Below are positions 40,933 through 52,649 of a stretch of 64,000 nt of DNA, one piece after another. The stretch lies in assembly GCA_030264375.1 (NCBI GenBank), contig JASCQW010000043.1, forward strand, positions 69,240,748-69,304,747, given 5' to 3'. The position numbers were made by a program, and so were the translations under genes. This DNA is from Carcharhinus longimanus (Eukaryota). Numbering within the stretch: the first letter of the stretch is position 1; each line of letters begins with the position of its first letter. The notes below the pieces were generated by a model. That model was not told the origin of the DNA. It did no database searches and saw only the letters and a program-made list of their open reading frames with translations.

Positions 40933-41174
40933 TTGATGTGGATATGCCGGCGTTGGACTGGGGTAAACACAGTAAGAAGTCTGACAGGTGACGAAGGGAC
41001 AAACCCTNNNNNNNNNNNNNNNNNNNNNNNNNNNNNNNNNNNNNNNNNNNNNNNNNNNNNNNNNNNNNNNNNNNNNNNNNNNNNNNNNNNNNNNNNNNNN
41101 NNNNNNNCCGGCGTTTGACTGGGGTAAACACAGTAAGAAGTCTGACAACCTGGTGTTGTCAGACTTCTTACTGT
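40933..41174. mobile_element. Short PLE insertion spanning a gap, ending in a perfect 21-bp hairpin
   Basis: Same terminus as 2113-2262; gcaaaagttgta (40921-40932) and gcaaaatttgta (41175-41186) as probable TSD. Confidence 0.7.
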
Positions 41175-41299
41175 GCAAAATTTGTAAGCATGAGAGAACG
41201 GATATTTTAAAAATCATTGAGTAAAACTCTTGTTACACAGTTAGAAGCTGGCATATGTCCCTGAGATATAAAATACAACAACTGGCGATGAGGATGGGA

Positions 41300-41950
41300 T
41301 GAAGCAAAGTTTAAATTGGTACCTTTCCTCTTTTCACTGGGACATCCAGTCATGCCATGGGATTGATGGGTCCAAGATCTACTTGCTCATCATAGAGATG
41401 GATAGTGTCGATGTAGTAGTGATTCGCAAAATGCTTCTCAAGTTGTCTCAGACCAGAGTGCCCGTGAATATTTGAACAGCTCTCAGAAAACGTGTGATTT
41501 GGTAAGGCAACAAGTACCCTTGAAGAGACCTCAGCAGTCACAGCAATGCATGATCGCTCATGTTCATATACCCTTAAAACTCTGCCCAAATTAATGCTCA
41601 TTGATACACAGCATTGTCCATCTTGAGAGAAAAAGTTGTCCTTAAAGTGGGATCATTTTATAAAGGTATATGGGTTGAAGAAAAAGACGTAATCAGATAA
41701 GACGTGGAGGAGTCTATTCCTGAGATTAAAGTACAGCATGTGTATCCCATCATGAATGTTAAAGTACCAGATCATTTTAAGGAACTCTCAGTCAAGATTG
41801 TAGGCATCTTATTATCACTTCTCATCTGTGATACTGTGAATTTCAGAAGATCATTTAATCGGACTTCTCGGGGGTTGAGGGGGGCAGTCAACCTATTTAA
41901 TGACGCCATAGTCCATAGAAGCAGAACACTATCAGTGGTTCTCACTTGAC
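41300..41950 (-). mobile_element. Possible ancient L1/Tx1-clade ORF2 relic
   Basis: Frameshifted fragments SGIDS, LSDYV, FNPY..K*SHFKDNF, LIWAEF*GYM and LRQLEKH loosely follow L1 endonuclease/linker order; weak. Confidence 0.3.
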
Positions 41951-43964
41951 TCCCACAATATAATTTATACTTAATAAGAACAAATGCACGTTCGCAGCAC
42001 CTGAGATTGACTTTCTATTGATCTTCATATCTCAAAGAACATTTCTAAACATAGAAAAAATGGACAAACTGAACTTCAAGAGATGACTTGGTTTATGTAT
42101 TTGTGTTTAGGATGGTTTAGTTTAAAATGGGCCCTTTAGTTTCACAAGGGAACATATGGGAGGGGGGTGCAATTTTGCCAAAAATATTCAAAATGCCAAG
42201 TGAAAATGGAAAGAATCGCACCCTTTTTTTATTGGCTCTCAGACACGACCTTAAGCCACTTATTGCAATAAAAAAGGCAAAGTATCATTCACATCAGTTG
42301 GGGGAGTGAACGGAGTCTATTCTTGCTAGAAAGCTGGCTACTGACAGCTGGAGTGCACAATCGTACATGCATTTATTTCTGAGCTTTATGTTCACAGAAC
42401 AGAGATCTGTCACTTCCCCCACTCCTCCATGTATCAGCATCCCCCACGCCCCCCCCCCCAAATTCTTGGCCTCCCCAGATCATTGCTGACCTCCTCTGCT
42501 GATTGCCACCCAATTCTCGCAACCTACAGCCAATTGCTGCCTGCTTTATACCACCCTCCAGGCTGATAGCCGCACCGGCTAATCCCCAATTACAAAGTGC
42601 ACAGCCCACCTCCCCTTGAGCCCACCCCCTTAGGCTTCATCCACTTCAGCCTCCACCCCTCACCTTCAGCATCACCCCTTAGCACTGCCTGGTGCCTGGT
42701 GGGCAGTGCAAAGATCCCAGGCTGGCACAGCCCAAGGGGCACTGCTCCCTATGCCCCTGAGCACTTTGAGGAGTCTCAGTGTCCCCCCATCCCACTGTTG
42801 AGGCCATTACATCTGGTCCCTGTTGATGGGGGACCATACGTAATCCATGTCAGTGAAGATCTCCACTGTTAAGGTAAGTGAGCCCGGATGATTCCATCCT
42901 GTGCTCATTAATATTTAAATTCCAATTTTAATACTCATCACACCAGCTTCACAGTAGTAGTGCAAAAGACAAGAAATCGGATGCAAAGCTGGTATTTCAC
43001 CTCTTCTGCAATGTTACCAGCTCACCACGCCAGTTGACCAGCAGGACAAGCTGGTCAGATCGCCCTCGTTCTGTTCAATTGTTTAATTGTTTGGTGTTTG
43101 ATTCTGTGTGCCTGTTGACTACTCACTATGTAATTAATACAATGACCTACAATGACCTGAATGAGTTGGTCAAAACATCTGGTGAACTCCAATATTCTGG
43201 ATTCCCCTGATGATCCACAATATGTTAGTGATGTCAGTGATTTGTTACCCGCCCAGAGTTCCAGTTTGATTGAGAGCAAGGCCTCCAGTCAGTGGTGAGC
43301 TGGTCACTGATGGCAACAATAAATCTGAAATCAGACGGTAATCCCAGACTCGTCAGGTCATCTGTCACGCACAAACAACCAGACAATCAGGCAGGCTCAA
43401 CTTGGCAGCGGTTCAGAACGGCAGCAAACAAACAGTAATTACTGTGTGGACTGNNNNNNNNNNNNNNNNNNNNNNNNNNNNNNNNNNNNNNNNNNNNNNN
43501 NNNNNNNNNNNNNNNNNNNNNNCGAAGAGAACTCATCTATGGAGGATCCTCGGACACTTGCCACCTGAATCCACCAATTCCTTGCCTTGTGCAAATTGTC
43601 AGATTATTAAACACTCGGAAACACAGTTATTTAATTTGCTGATGGAGTGATGCATTTCATCTAGACAGGCTGTCGCCTGACTCAGGTAGTTTCTTCAAAT
43701 TTGTTTATTTGCACAATGTACATGATGAAATGTTAAGTAGGCAAATCTGCTGTGCAGAGTCTCTAACACATGCCTGCTGGTGTAACTGCTACATTGTGGT
43801 TTACATCACTCGTTACAGTAATAGTTACAGTAATTATTACATTAACCCGTTACACATGCCTGCTGGGGTAACTGTTACAGTAATGAGTGATATAAACCAC
43901 TACATATCTATTACATTAATCCGTTACACTACAGCAGCCAGCCATAATCTCTAGTGATTCTGAA

Positions 43965-44400
43965 AAGGGAAGTAGAGAAAATATAACATTCTGATAGATA
44001 TTGGAAAGGGAAATGTTGGATAAGAGTATAGCCAGTGGACATAGATTTGAAGTAATTGCTAGGAGGATTAGAGGGGAATTGAAAGGCAGTTTTTCTCAGA
44101 GTGGTGAGAATTTGGATCACACTGTCTCAAAGGGTGCTGGAGGCAAAAAAACCCTCATTGCATTTTTCAAAAAATTAATATGTATTTGAGGTGCTATAAT
44201 TTAGCTTAGGGGTTTTTAAAAAAAAGGGCAGCATGGACAAGTTGGGTCAAAGGACCTGTTTCCATGCTGCAAATCTCTAAGACTATACGTAACCTACAGG
44301 ACAATGGACCAACAATGAGAAGATGAGATCAGGCTGCATGATTGTTTTTCAGCTGGCACAGACATGATGGACCAAATGATGCCCTTTTGTGCTATAAATC
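43965..44400 (+). mobile_element. CR1 LINE 3' end fragment with a second tail inserted (~44225-44286)
   Basis: GHRFEVIARRIRGELKGSFSQ..W..L resembles the CR1 C-terminus; ggacaagttgggtcaaaggacctgtttccatgctg tail. Confidence 0.65.
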
Positions 44401-44929
44401 ATTGCTTCTCTGACTGAGTAGATAGTTTTTTTCAGAAAGTAAGTGCCAGCACAAGTGCTGTAAAATTCTGACATTGAATTTCATATCAGAAGTTAAAGTT
44501 AAAGGAATGACCCAATCTGTGACAGACATCTTTCAGTCTGGGTAAGTGCAGTATTGTACATTTGGATCTGTGAAACTCCAGACATACAATATTATAGTGG
44601 AGTATCCACTAATGGTGTTGAAACGGAAGTGAGAGATGGGTTGCATGGTGATGTGAAAAGGTGACAAGTATGACAAGGCTATTAGGATATAAATAGCTTC
44701 TGGACTATATTTCCAGTTGTGTGTAATATAAAGCCTTTATACTTGCTATATATGATGTATGCATCTGTTTAGCTCCTTTGGAAAGAAAAAGATCAAATTT
44801 ATCTCACCTTCACAAACTCAGGATGCTCCAAAGAGTTGTACAGCTAATAAGTATTACTGAGGTGTATTTGCTGTCATAATGCAAGAAATATGGCTACTAA
44901 TATACAACACAACAGGATGTAATTTCAAA

Positions 44930-45250
44930 GCACAAGTCTTCAACACTACAGTTAGGATGCTGTCAGGGATCTTTGATATCTGCAATGTACTGAGCCATTT
45001 TTTTGATGTCACTGACTCTGACTCTGATGTTGGGGACCTCTTGAGGAGACTGAGATGGATCACCTACTTGGCACTTCTGGCTGAAGTTGGTTACAAATTC
45101 ATCAACTTTATCTTTTGCACTGACATGCCAGGGTCTCCCATCGTTGAGGACAGAAATATTCATGGAGTGTCCTTCTCCTGTTCGTTGTTCAATTGTCTAC
45201 TGCTATTTATGACAGGAAGAGGAAGGTCTGTGGAGTTTTAACCTGATATA
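44930..45250 (-). mobile_element. LINE fragment, same CR1-like family as 52230-54700
   Basis: NISVLNDGRPWHVSAKDKVDEFVTNFSQKCQVGDPSQSPQEVP; shares gcacaagtcttca..actayag with ~54267-54289. Confidence 0.6.
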
Positions 45251-46479
45251 TTGTTAGTTTAACATGATAAACATCCCAGAGATCGGAGGAGCAATTATCA
45301 AACAAAATTTAGCATGAGGCAATGTAAGGAGAAATTAAGACAGGTAACCAAGAAGCATCACGAAAGAGGTAGTTTTTAAGGCGATTTTTTTTAAAGGAGG
45401 AGCATAAGATCGTAAGAAATGGAAGCTGGAGAAGACTGTACAACCCTTACAGCTTGTTCAGCAATTTGTATGTTTTCTCAGCAACTTCCCATAAGCATAA
45501 TATATCTAAAGACAGTATGAATCTGTGTATTGGTGACACCGTCTGCTTATTGCTGCAATCACAGAGTAGTAAGTAACCAAGGTGTAAAAACAATTGCTCC
45601 TTCTACATACCATACACCAGCAGCAGGATATGGTAAAGCACTCACCCAGAAAAGCCAAACCAATGCAATCATGCTCACCACTAATAACATAAAAGTTTTG
45701 TCTTATCATCTAACTTCCAGCTTGTGCTCAGAACTGCCTCTGCACTGGTCACTCACAGTGATCTGGACTCCCAGAAACAAATAGAGTTGGAGAGATTTTG
45801 GAACAAAATTCCTGACTTTAGGACCTAGGCAACTGAAGGCANNNNNNNNNNNNNNNNNNNNNNNNNNNNNNNNNNNNNNNNNNNNNNNNNNNNNNNNNNN
45901 NNNNNNNNNNNNNNNNNNNNNNNNNNNNNNNNNNNNNNNNNTTTACAGGAAAACCACAAAGGTGAAGAGATGAAAACTGGGCATACACAAGAGGGTAGAA
46001 TTGGAGGAACATAGTTTTTAAACATTTGTCATTAACACTTGTGATGAGCTTTTGGGTAGAGTAGTTCAATCAAAGTGTTGAAATGATTTGAGAAGCAGAG
46101 TGGCAATTCATAGTGGATAAATTAAGGTGGACTGAATCAAAATGCTGCCTTTGTCTTGAATTATTTGGTAATTTTGTATTGGATATACAAGTGCATCTTT
46201 TAGATGTTGCACCAAAGTTTCCTTCGGTAGGGGGCAAGTCCTAATATAACAGAAAATTAAACCCTGGACAAGAAATCAAATGGGAACTATTTCCTTCTCT
46301 AAAGAGAAAATGTGCAAATGCCTACTGGAACTAGGTAACAAATGTAATCCCTGATACCAGATTATGATTTACGTTCTCCATTAATCATTATGAACCCCCA
46401 GTGTTAGTATTAAATACTGTCTAAATGGAAAGCTCCTTAACCTCATTTGTCTCCTTACAAAAATTAAACTGACCCCCAT

Positions 46480-47440
46480 AGACATATATAATCAACAGTT
46501 CACCCTCAATCTTTTCAATTCAGCTTACAAGAAACTCAGTCTATCCTTGAATTTTCCAAAATTAATCTCATGTATCAAATATTATACCACCCCTCATCAC
46601 CCACCCCATCTCACCCCCATGTATTTTAAAGGAGGGACTCTGGAACATGTTAAGCATTTTCATACTTTGGCAGTCATCTCTCTGAAAAGGACACCACTGG
46701 TGTGGAGATCTAAAACCGGATCAGTTGCACCAGCTCAGCCTTCGACAAAAGACTGCAGCAAGTATTAAACAAAAAAATCTGGGCAATTTAACAGTCCAAG
46801 TGTACAGAAGAATTGTTGTCATATTCCTGTACTGCAGTGACTGTGTGTAAATGGCACACAAGAGTATTAGAGAAATCCCATTAGCAATGCCTCTGCTGTA
46901 TCTTCCAGAATCATTGGGAGGATCTTTGAGCAAATATTAATCTACATCTTGAAGCCAACTCCAGAAGCATTCAGGCAAAACTCCTGCAAAAATAAGCAAC
47001 CACAATGGAACCTGGCATTATATCTGGATGGCTGCAAAGCATATCCTCTGCCAGCTCCTGCTTTTTCAACTCTCAAATAACTAACATTCCAGGAGAGGAC
47101 AATGAAAATACTTCAAAAACACTGTGAAGCTCTTCTTGAAGCACAGTCAGTAATGAGTGGGGGGAGTTCGCTCTCAATTGTTCAAAACGGTGACAATTTA
47201 TCCATTAAGCTGCATCACACTTTGTGCCATATCTTAGTGGTGAAGCAGAGTGACGGGTAGAGAAAGAAAGGAAAGGAAGCTGCCCCTTACTCCAGCTCTA
47301 ATTACCTATTGGGACATCCTGGTCAATATGCCCAAAGACTAATGAGTCACGAATTAGCCTGTTCAATTACATGAAGACGCATGGCAGGAAGTCACGACCC
47401 TTTGTGGATTCCATCCTCATATTGCGAGACAGCAATGAGA
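46480..47440 (+). mobile_element. RTE-clade LINE 3' fragment, decayed
   Basis: LEHVKHF..(Y)FGSHLS...RISCTSSAF, followed by RW..HIIWM and RGQ*KYFKNTVK, typical of RTE. Confidence 0.65.
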
Positions 47441-49659
47441 CCAAATTCAAATACACACTCTGTGTGGGATTTTCTGCCCCCCAACCCCTGCCCTACAGCA
47501 TGTTTTGTGACAGCAATGGCTAACCCACTACTGGCTGTTGGGATCATCTTTTCCTAATGGGAAACCCGTGGCGGGGTTCACTATCAGTGGAACTGGAAGA
47601 TCCCACTGGTGGGAACAGCTGGAAGATTCCAGTCAATAGACATATTGAGAAATAAACCAATGAAGCCATGTTTTCTTTTCCTGGGTATGGTATTATGATC
47701 AAAGCTTCTAGAAGAAACGTATTTCTGACAAAAAAAAATGACGTGTTTTATCCTCCCGAATATTAAGTTTAATNNNNNNNNNNNNNNNNNNNNNNNNNNN
47801 NNNNNNNNNNNNNNNNNNNNNNNNNNNNNNNNNNNNNNNNNNNNNNNNNNNNNNNNNNNNNNNNNNNNNNNNNTAAGTTTAATTTCTTAATCTCAAAATA
47901 ACCTTAGCTAGCTTTTTCATGAGACACAAAGTTAGATCCAGTGTTTCAATAAATAATCAAACACACAGTATCAGCTAAAATTGTACCCTGAATCATAAAC
48001 CCGAAAGCATCCTGGCAATGACCAACGTTTAATTAAATCATTCTGCATTTCTACCTTCATCACAAATCTACAAATTAACCTTAAGTAAGAGAAACCAAAG
48101 AAGTTCGTCATATGAGATTATACAAAATCCTAATCCACATATCTATGCATACATATACAACAAGAGTTTCATGTACTGCTGACCTTTAGGGTGAAGAAAT
48201 TGTTCTGATTCCTCACTTACAATCCAACAGTTCCATTCTTTTTAATCATTCAGTCCAAAGACTCATTCTTTCAGCATATCCATTAATTTGCTTTGATTAT
48301 ATATTTTTTCTATATTTAGCCTGTTCCGCCCAGCCTCAGCAGCAGCTCCGCCTGCCATCCAATTTATACTGGATATTGAGGACATGTTCTCTCTGCCTCC
48401 CAATTTCTTGCAGCAGTACATTTATGAAACTAATCACATTCTTGTTTAAGCACTACTTGAGCCCAATCTTCATAATGATTATTACAGAGTCCCTGAGGTA
48501 AAATTATGCTTATTAAATCAATTACAACCAGTAAAATCTCATATTGCACATTCGAGTACACCACTTGATATGTGACCTGAGCCATAAGTCCATAATTGGG
48601 TTCCTCTGTAAAGTAGGCTCCAACACAGCTATTTCCTGGGAGTAGGTGTCTTATATTTGAGAAGCTTGACAAACCTGAACAGATATTGCCTCGCTTTCCC
48701 AGCTTAGGTGTCAAGCATCATGAGTATACCTAGTCTGATTCCACACTTTGCTGCAAAACACTTATACTTGCCCTTATATCTCTTGTGAACAGAAGGCAAA
48801 TGTAATTGGCACAGCGGTTCAACAGTACCTGGCCTGATAATAATGGGAAGCATGCCTGTACATCATTTTTTCATCCTTCTTAATATCTAAATTAATAGTG
48901 TTTATTGAAGCTTTCAATGGGAAGTGGCCATTATGTTTAACCATAGTCCATCAATATCAAGTTGTCTGACGGTTGTACTCTGCATTCCAGAAACAATGGT
49001 GAGCCATCTTGTACAATCATAGTTTGGTTAATAACTCCTTCAACCTTGTTCAGATTTGGTCATCATTATAATTTTCACAATGCAGTCCAAATGTTGCACA
49101 TATAGTTAGCAGTTGTAGTGCTAAAACCATGTTACTTTCAAATTTGTAAATCATGCAATTTTTTAATTGATTAATGTGATGCCACCTGCTACTTTATAGT
49201 TTCATTTTCTCCATGGACTGTAGTGGGAGCTATATAGTTGGACTTGCCTTAACCAGAAATTGAAATACCTCATCATTTGGGTGCAAACCACACTATCCTT
49301 TTTCCTAAAGTCTGATGTCATGATGGTGTCCCAGACATTATATTCAAAAAGTTAAAATTTACCATTGAAGTACTTCTTAACCTGATTTTTTGGTTTCTTA
49401 ATCTTTTGGGTTACATACAGATGAGTGACTCATACACGGTCATATTGAGCATATGGTCCCAGTTGCTCCCTGCAGTAATGGCATTGCTGCTGGTAGCAAA
49501 GGATATTCAGGAAGTAAGCATTAGTTGTCCAGTCATTTCTTGGTGAGGTGACACACCTGTAGTAACACATGGAGTGGAATGTACAGCCATTCAGCACAAT
49601 AACAATAAATTGTGTTTCTGCAGCACCTTTGTAATAAAAGGTAATACATGTAAATATAA

Positions 49660-49895
49660 TACAAAGAGATGGCAGATGAATTAGACAGGTATTTTGCATT
49701 AGTCTTTACTAAAGAAAATACAAGTAACATCCCAGAAGCAGTTATAAACCAAGAAATGGAAGGGTTTGATGAACTCAGCAAAATTACAGTCACCAGAGAA
49801 GTGATACTGAGTAAATTGTAGGAGCTGTGGGATAATAAGAGTTTGGGTTGTGATGGACTTCATCCTAGCATTTTAAGAGGAATATCTTGTGAGAT
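49660..49895 (+). mobile_element. CR1 ORF2 internal fragment
   Basis: KEMADELDRYFALVFTKENTSNIPEA..., then DGLHPSILR. Confidence 0.7.
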
Positions 49896-50039
49896 ACATG
49901 TAATAAAACATCTCAAGGGCTTACAGATATGTAATCAGGGAAGTTTTGACAATGGGATTCTTAAGGAGATGTAAAGTCAGGTGACTAAAAGCTTAGCCAA
50001 AGAGCTAGGATTTAAAGAAGGCCTTAAAGGAAGAAAGTG

Positions 50040-50790
50040 ACCACTCTCTCAACCTGTCCTACCATGTACAATGATATGCACTTCTACACTATAACTAATG
50101 ACTAACTGGTAGAGGTTGTAGAGTGTTTCAAATATTTGGGAAAATATAGACAGCAGAAGATAAGCTTCACTGAGAACATGACTGTATTTTTAAAAAGGCT
50201 AGTCAGTGTCTGTTTTTAATCAGATAACTGAAAAGATTTGGAGTAAGTAAATATGTTTTAGCAAGGGTATATAAAGGTCTGGTATAGAGCATTCTAACAT
50301 GTAATATTGCAGACTGACATAGTAACCTGAGTGTGAATTACATAAGTAAGCTGGCCAGAATTATCGACACTGCAGGTAAAATCAGACAGAACTTGATAAC
50401 CTATTTAACAACGCAGTTAAGAGGAAAGTTCAGGCCGTCATCGGTGATCACACTCACTCTTTATAATCATCAGTTTAAAAGGTTTCCTTTGGGTCAATGC
50501 TTTAGAATCTCTATTGCCAAGAAAAATCTGTTCAAGAGGACTTTTATTCCAAGTGCCATAAACTTACTAAATAACAAAATAAACACAATCTGCTGATTTT
50601 ACTTATTAAATTGCAGTAAGTGCTTTACTGGCAGAATGCAAGGTATTATGTTTGTATGGTACAGATGTATGTTATATATGCACAAATATATCAATGTAGG
50701 TATACATGAAATATTCACTTTTTAAATTGATGACTATGTTATATTGATGGTGAAGCCAAAGACAAATTTCTATCTTTACGTTGACACTAC
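50040..50790 (+). mobile_element. Rex1/Babar-clade LINE 3' fragment
   Basis: VEVVECFKYLG, KLSFTEN, KKASQCLFLIR*LKRFGVS and FKRTFIPSAINLLNN; ends near gacaaatttc. Confidence 0.75.
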
Positions 50791-52229
50791 GGTTCAATTC
50801 TGTTAATGTATGCAGGCCTGTCCAATGATGTGCATACTTCACGAGAGAATAATAAGCAAAGTACCAGTGCATCAATGGTTTGCACCCACAAGAGTTCATT
50901 ACCAGAGTAATTATAGTGACTGCTCTGCTCATGAGTCGCGTTTTCCCAAGCCCAAATTCATCACACCTAGGATTTTGGCAGCTTGTAGCTTTTCAGTTCA
51001 AATGATCCCAATTGACATTATTATTATCATATCTATCATTTCTCTCTTAAGGCTCACTAGCGACCACGCTTCCTACCTATTCAGCATGCCCTGTAGTTCT
51101 TAAGATGTTTAATCACATTGCATGCAATCCACCAATTTCATTGGCTGGGTCATAAACACATGCAAAGTTCCTATAGCTTCTTTTATCCCCTGTTTCACTT
51201 GGCTGGCCTCTGTAAAATATCCAGTTCTTGTATTGCCTCACCCGTGCGCTATAGCAGTGGTAACCGTCAGTTGTAACTAAGCCAGTGTAACCAATACATC
51301 CTCTAATCATTGTTGTGGCACCTCACTGTGTTTCCCTTTTAATAAATTAATTACTCTATTTTCATGTCACGGTGTGTAAAAGTGAGCCACAAATCTGAAC
51401 AAATGCTCTTTTATTTTCAATTTAATCTTTTTCTTACCCACCAAATGGGTCATCACTATAGCACACTTGTTTTATGGTGACCAAAATTACTTTATCAGTT
51501 GTATCTATAGGTTTCTTTTGAAGAGATTTCCTGATAGTTCTCATAGTTACTCAAATTATTGGAGAAACAGATGCATTCAGTTTCTTATACTGTTTCCTAC
51601 CTAAATGTAACCCATCTGAGACATTTGCCAATCAGAGTTCTGCCACTTTAACCAGCTTATATTCCTGGCTGCAGCTTATAGTTTACAACATTCTCCGCTA
51701 ATTTTAATGAGACAAAATGCACGCAATATCTTTAGACAGTAGGATAACAGAGAAAGAAAATGATACTACCATGATTTTTTTTCTCCCGGGTAGACACTTC
51801 TAGTTCTTGCCAGTTCTGATCTTCTCTGAAACTTAAGATCTTATAGTGTGCTCCTTATAAAACACTCATTGATAATTGAATATGGCATGGTGATCAATCC
51901 TCTTACAAAGGATGCATTTCTTCCAAATAAATCAACAGATGCTACTTGTTTTAATCCTGCTGAACATTTGTTTCATTCGTTATTTCAAAACTGCTTGAAT
52001 AGCTGCTTCACAAAACACTTGACATTATACATTCAACACTTGAACCCGCAATGTCAGCTAAAACTGTACCCTGACTCATCAAACCAGGAAGAGCCCTGGG
52101 AATTAACAACTTTTAACTCATTCTCTAGGTATTTACAATTATAGTACAATTTGGCAAACTCAATCCAAATAAAAGCAACTAAAACCTTTGATATAAAATT
52201 AAATTGCATCCTAACCTGATGTATGTACA

Positions 52230-52648
52230 TTCACAAAAAACAAGGCAAATGAAACCTGGCTAATTATTACCCCATCAGTCTCCCCTCAATCATCAGCAAT
52301 GTGATGGATGGATGGAAGGTATCAGCAACAATGCTATGAAGCAAAATTGACATAGCAACGACCTCCCTGATGCTCAGTTTGTGTTCCACCAGAGACACTG
52401 AGTTCCAGCCTGCTCCAAACAAATCGGTTGAATTCCAGAAGTGAGGTGAGAGTACCTGACCTTGACAATTTTAGCATTTGACTGAGTGTGGTATCAAGAA
52501 GACTGACTCCAGTTTTGTTCAATGGGAATCGAGGGGTTATTGTCTATGATTGGAGTCAAACCTAGCACAAAGGCTGTGATTGGTAGAGGCCAATCCTGCA
52601 TCACAACTGCAGGAGCTCATCAGGGTAATGTCCAAGGCCCAAACCTTC
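52230..52648 (+). mobile_element. CR1-like LINE RT fragment
   Basis: HKKQGK*NLANYYPISLPSIISNVM ... TAGAHQGNVQGP (degenerate GVPQGSVLGP). Confidence 0.75.
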
Positions 52649-52649
52649 A

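Noticed and set aside
41350-41601. Minus-strand ORF with HGHSG resembling an integrase HHCC zinc finger
   Set aside because: No downstream CxxC or DDE core; the surrounding fragments fit a decayed L1-like ORF2 at least as well.
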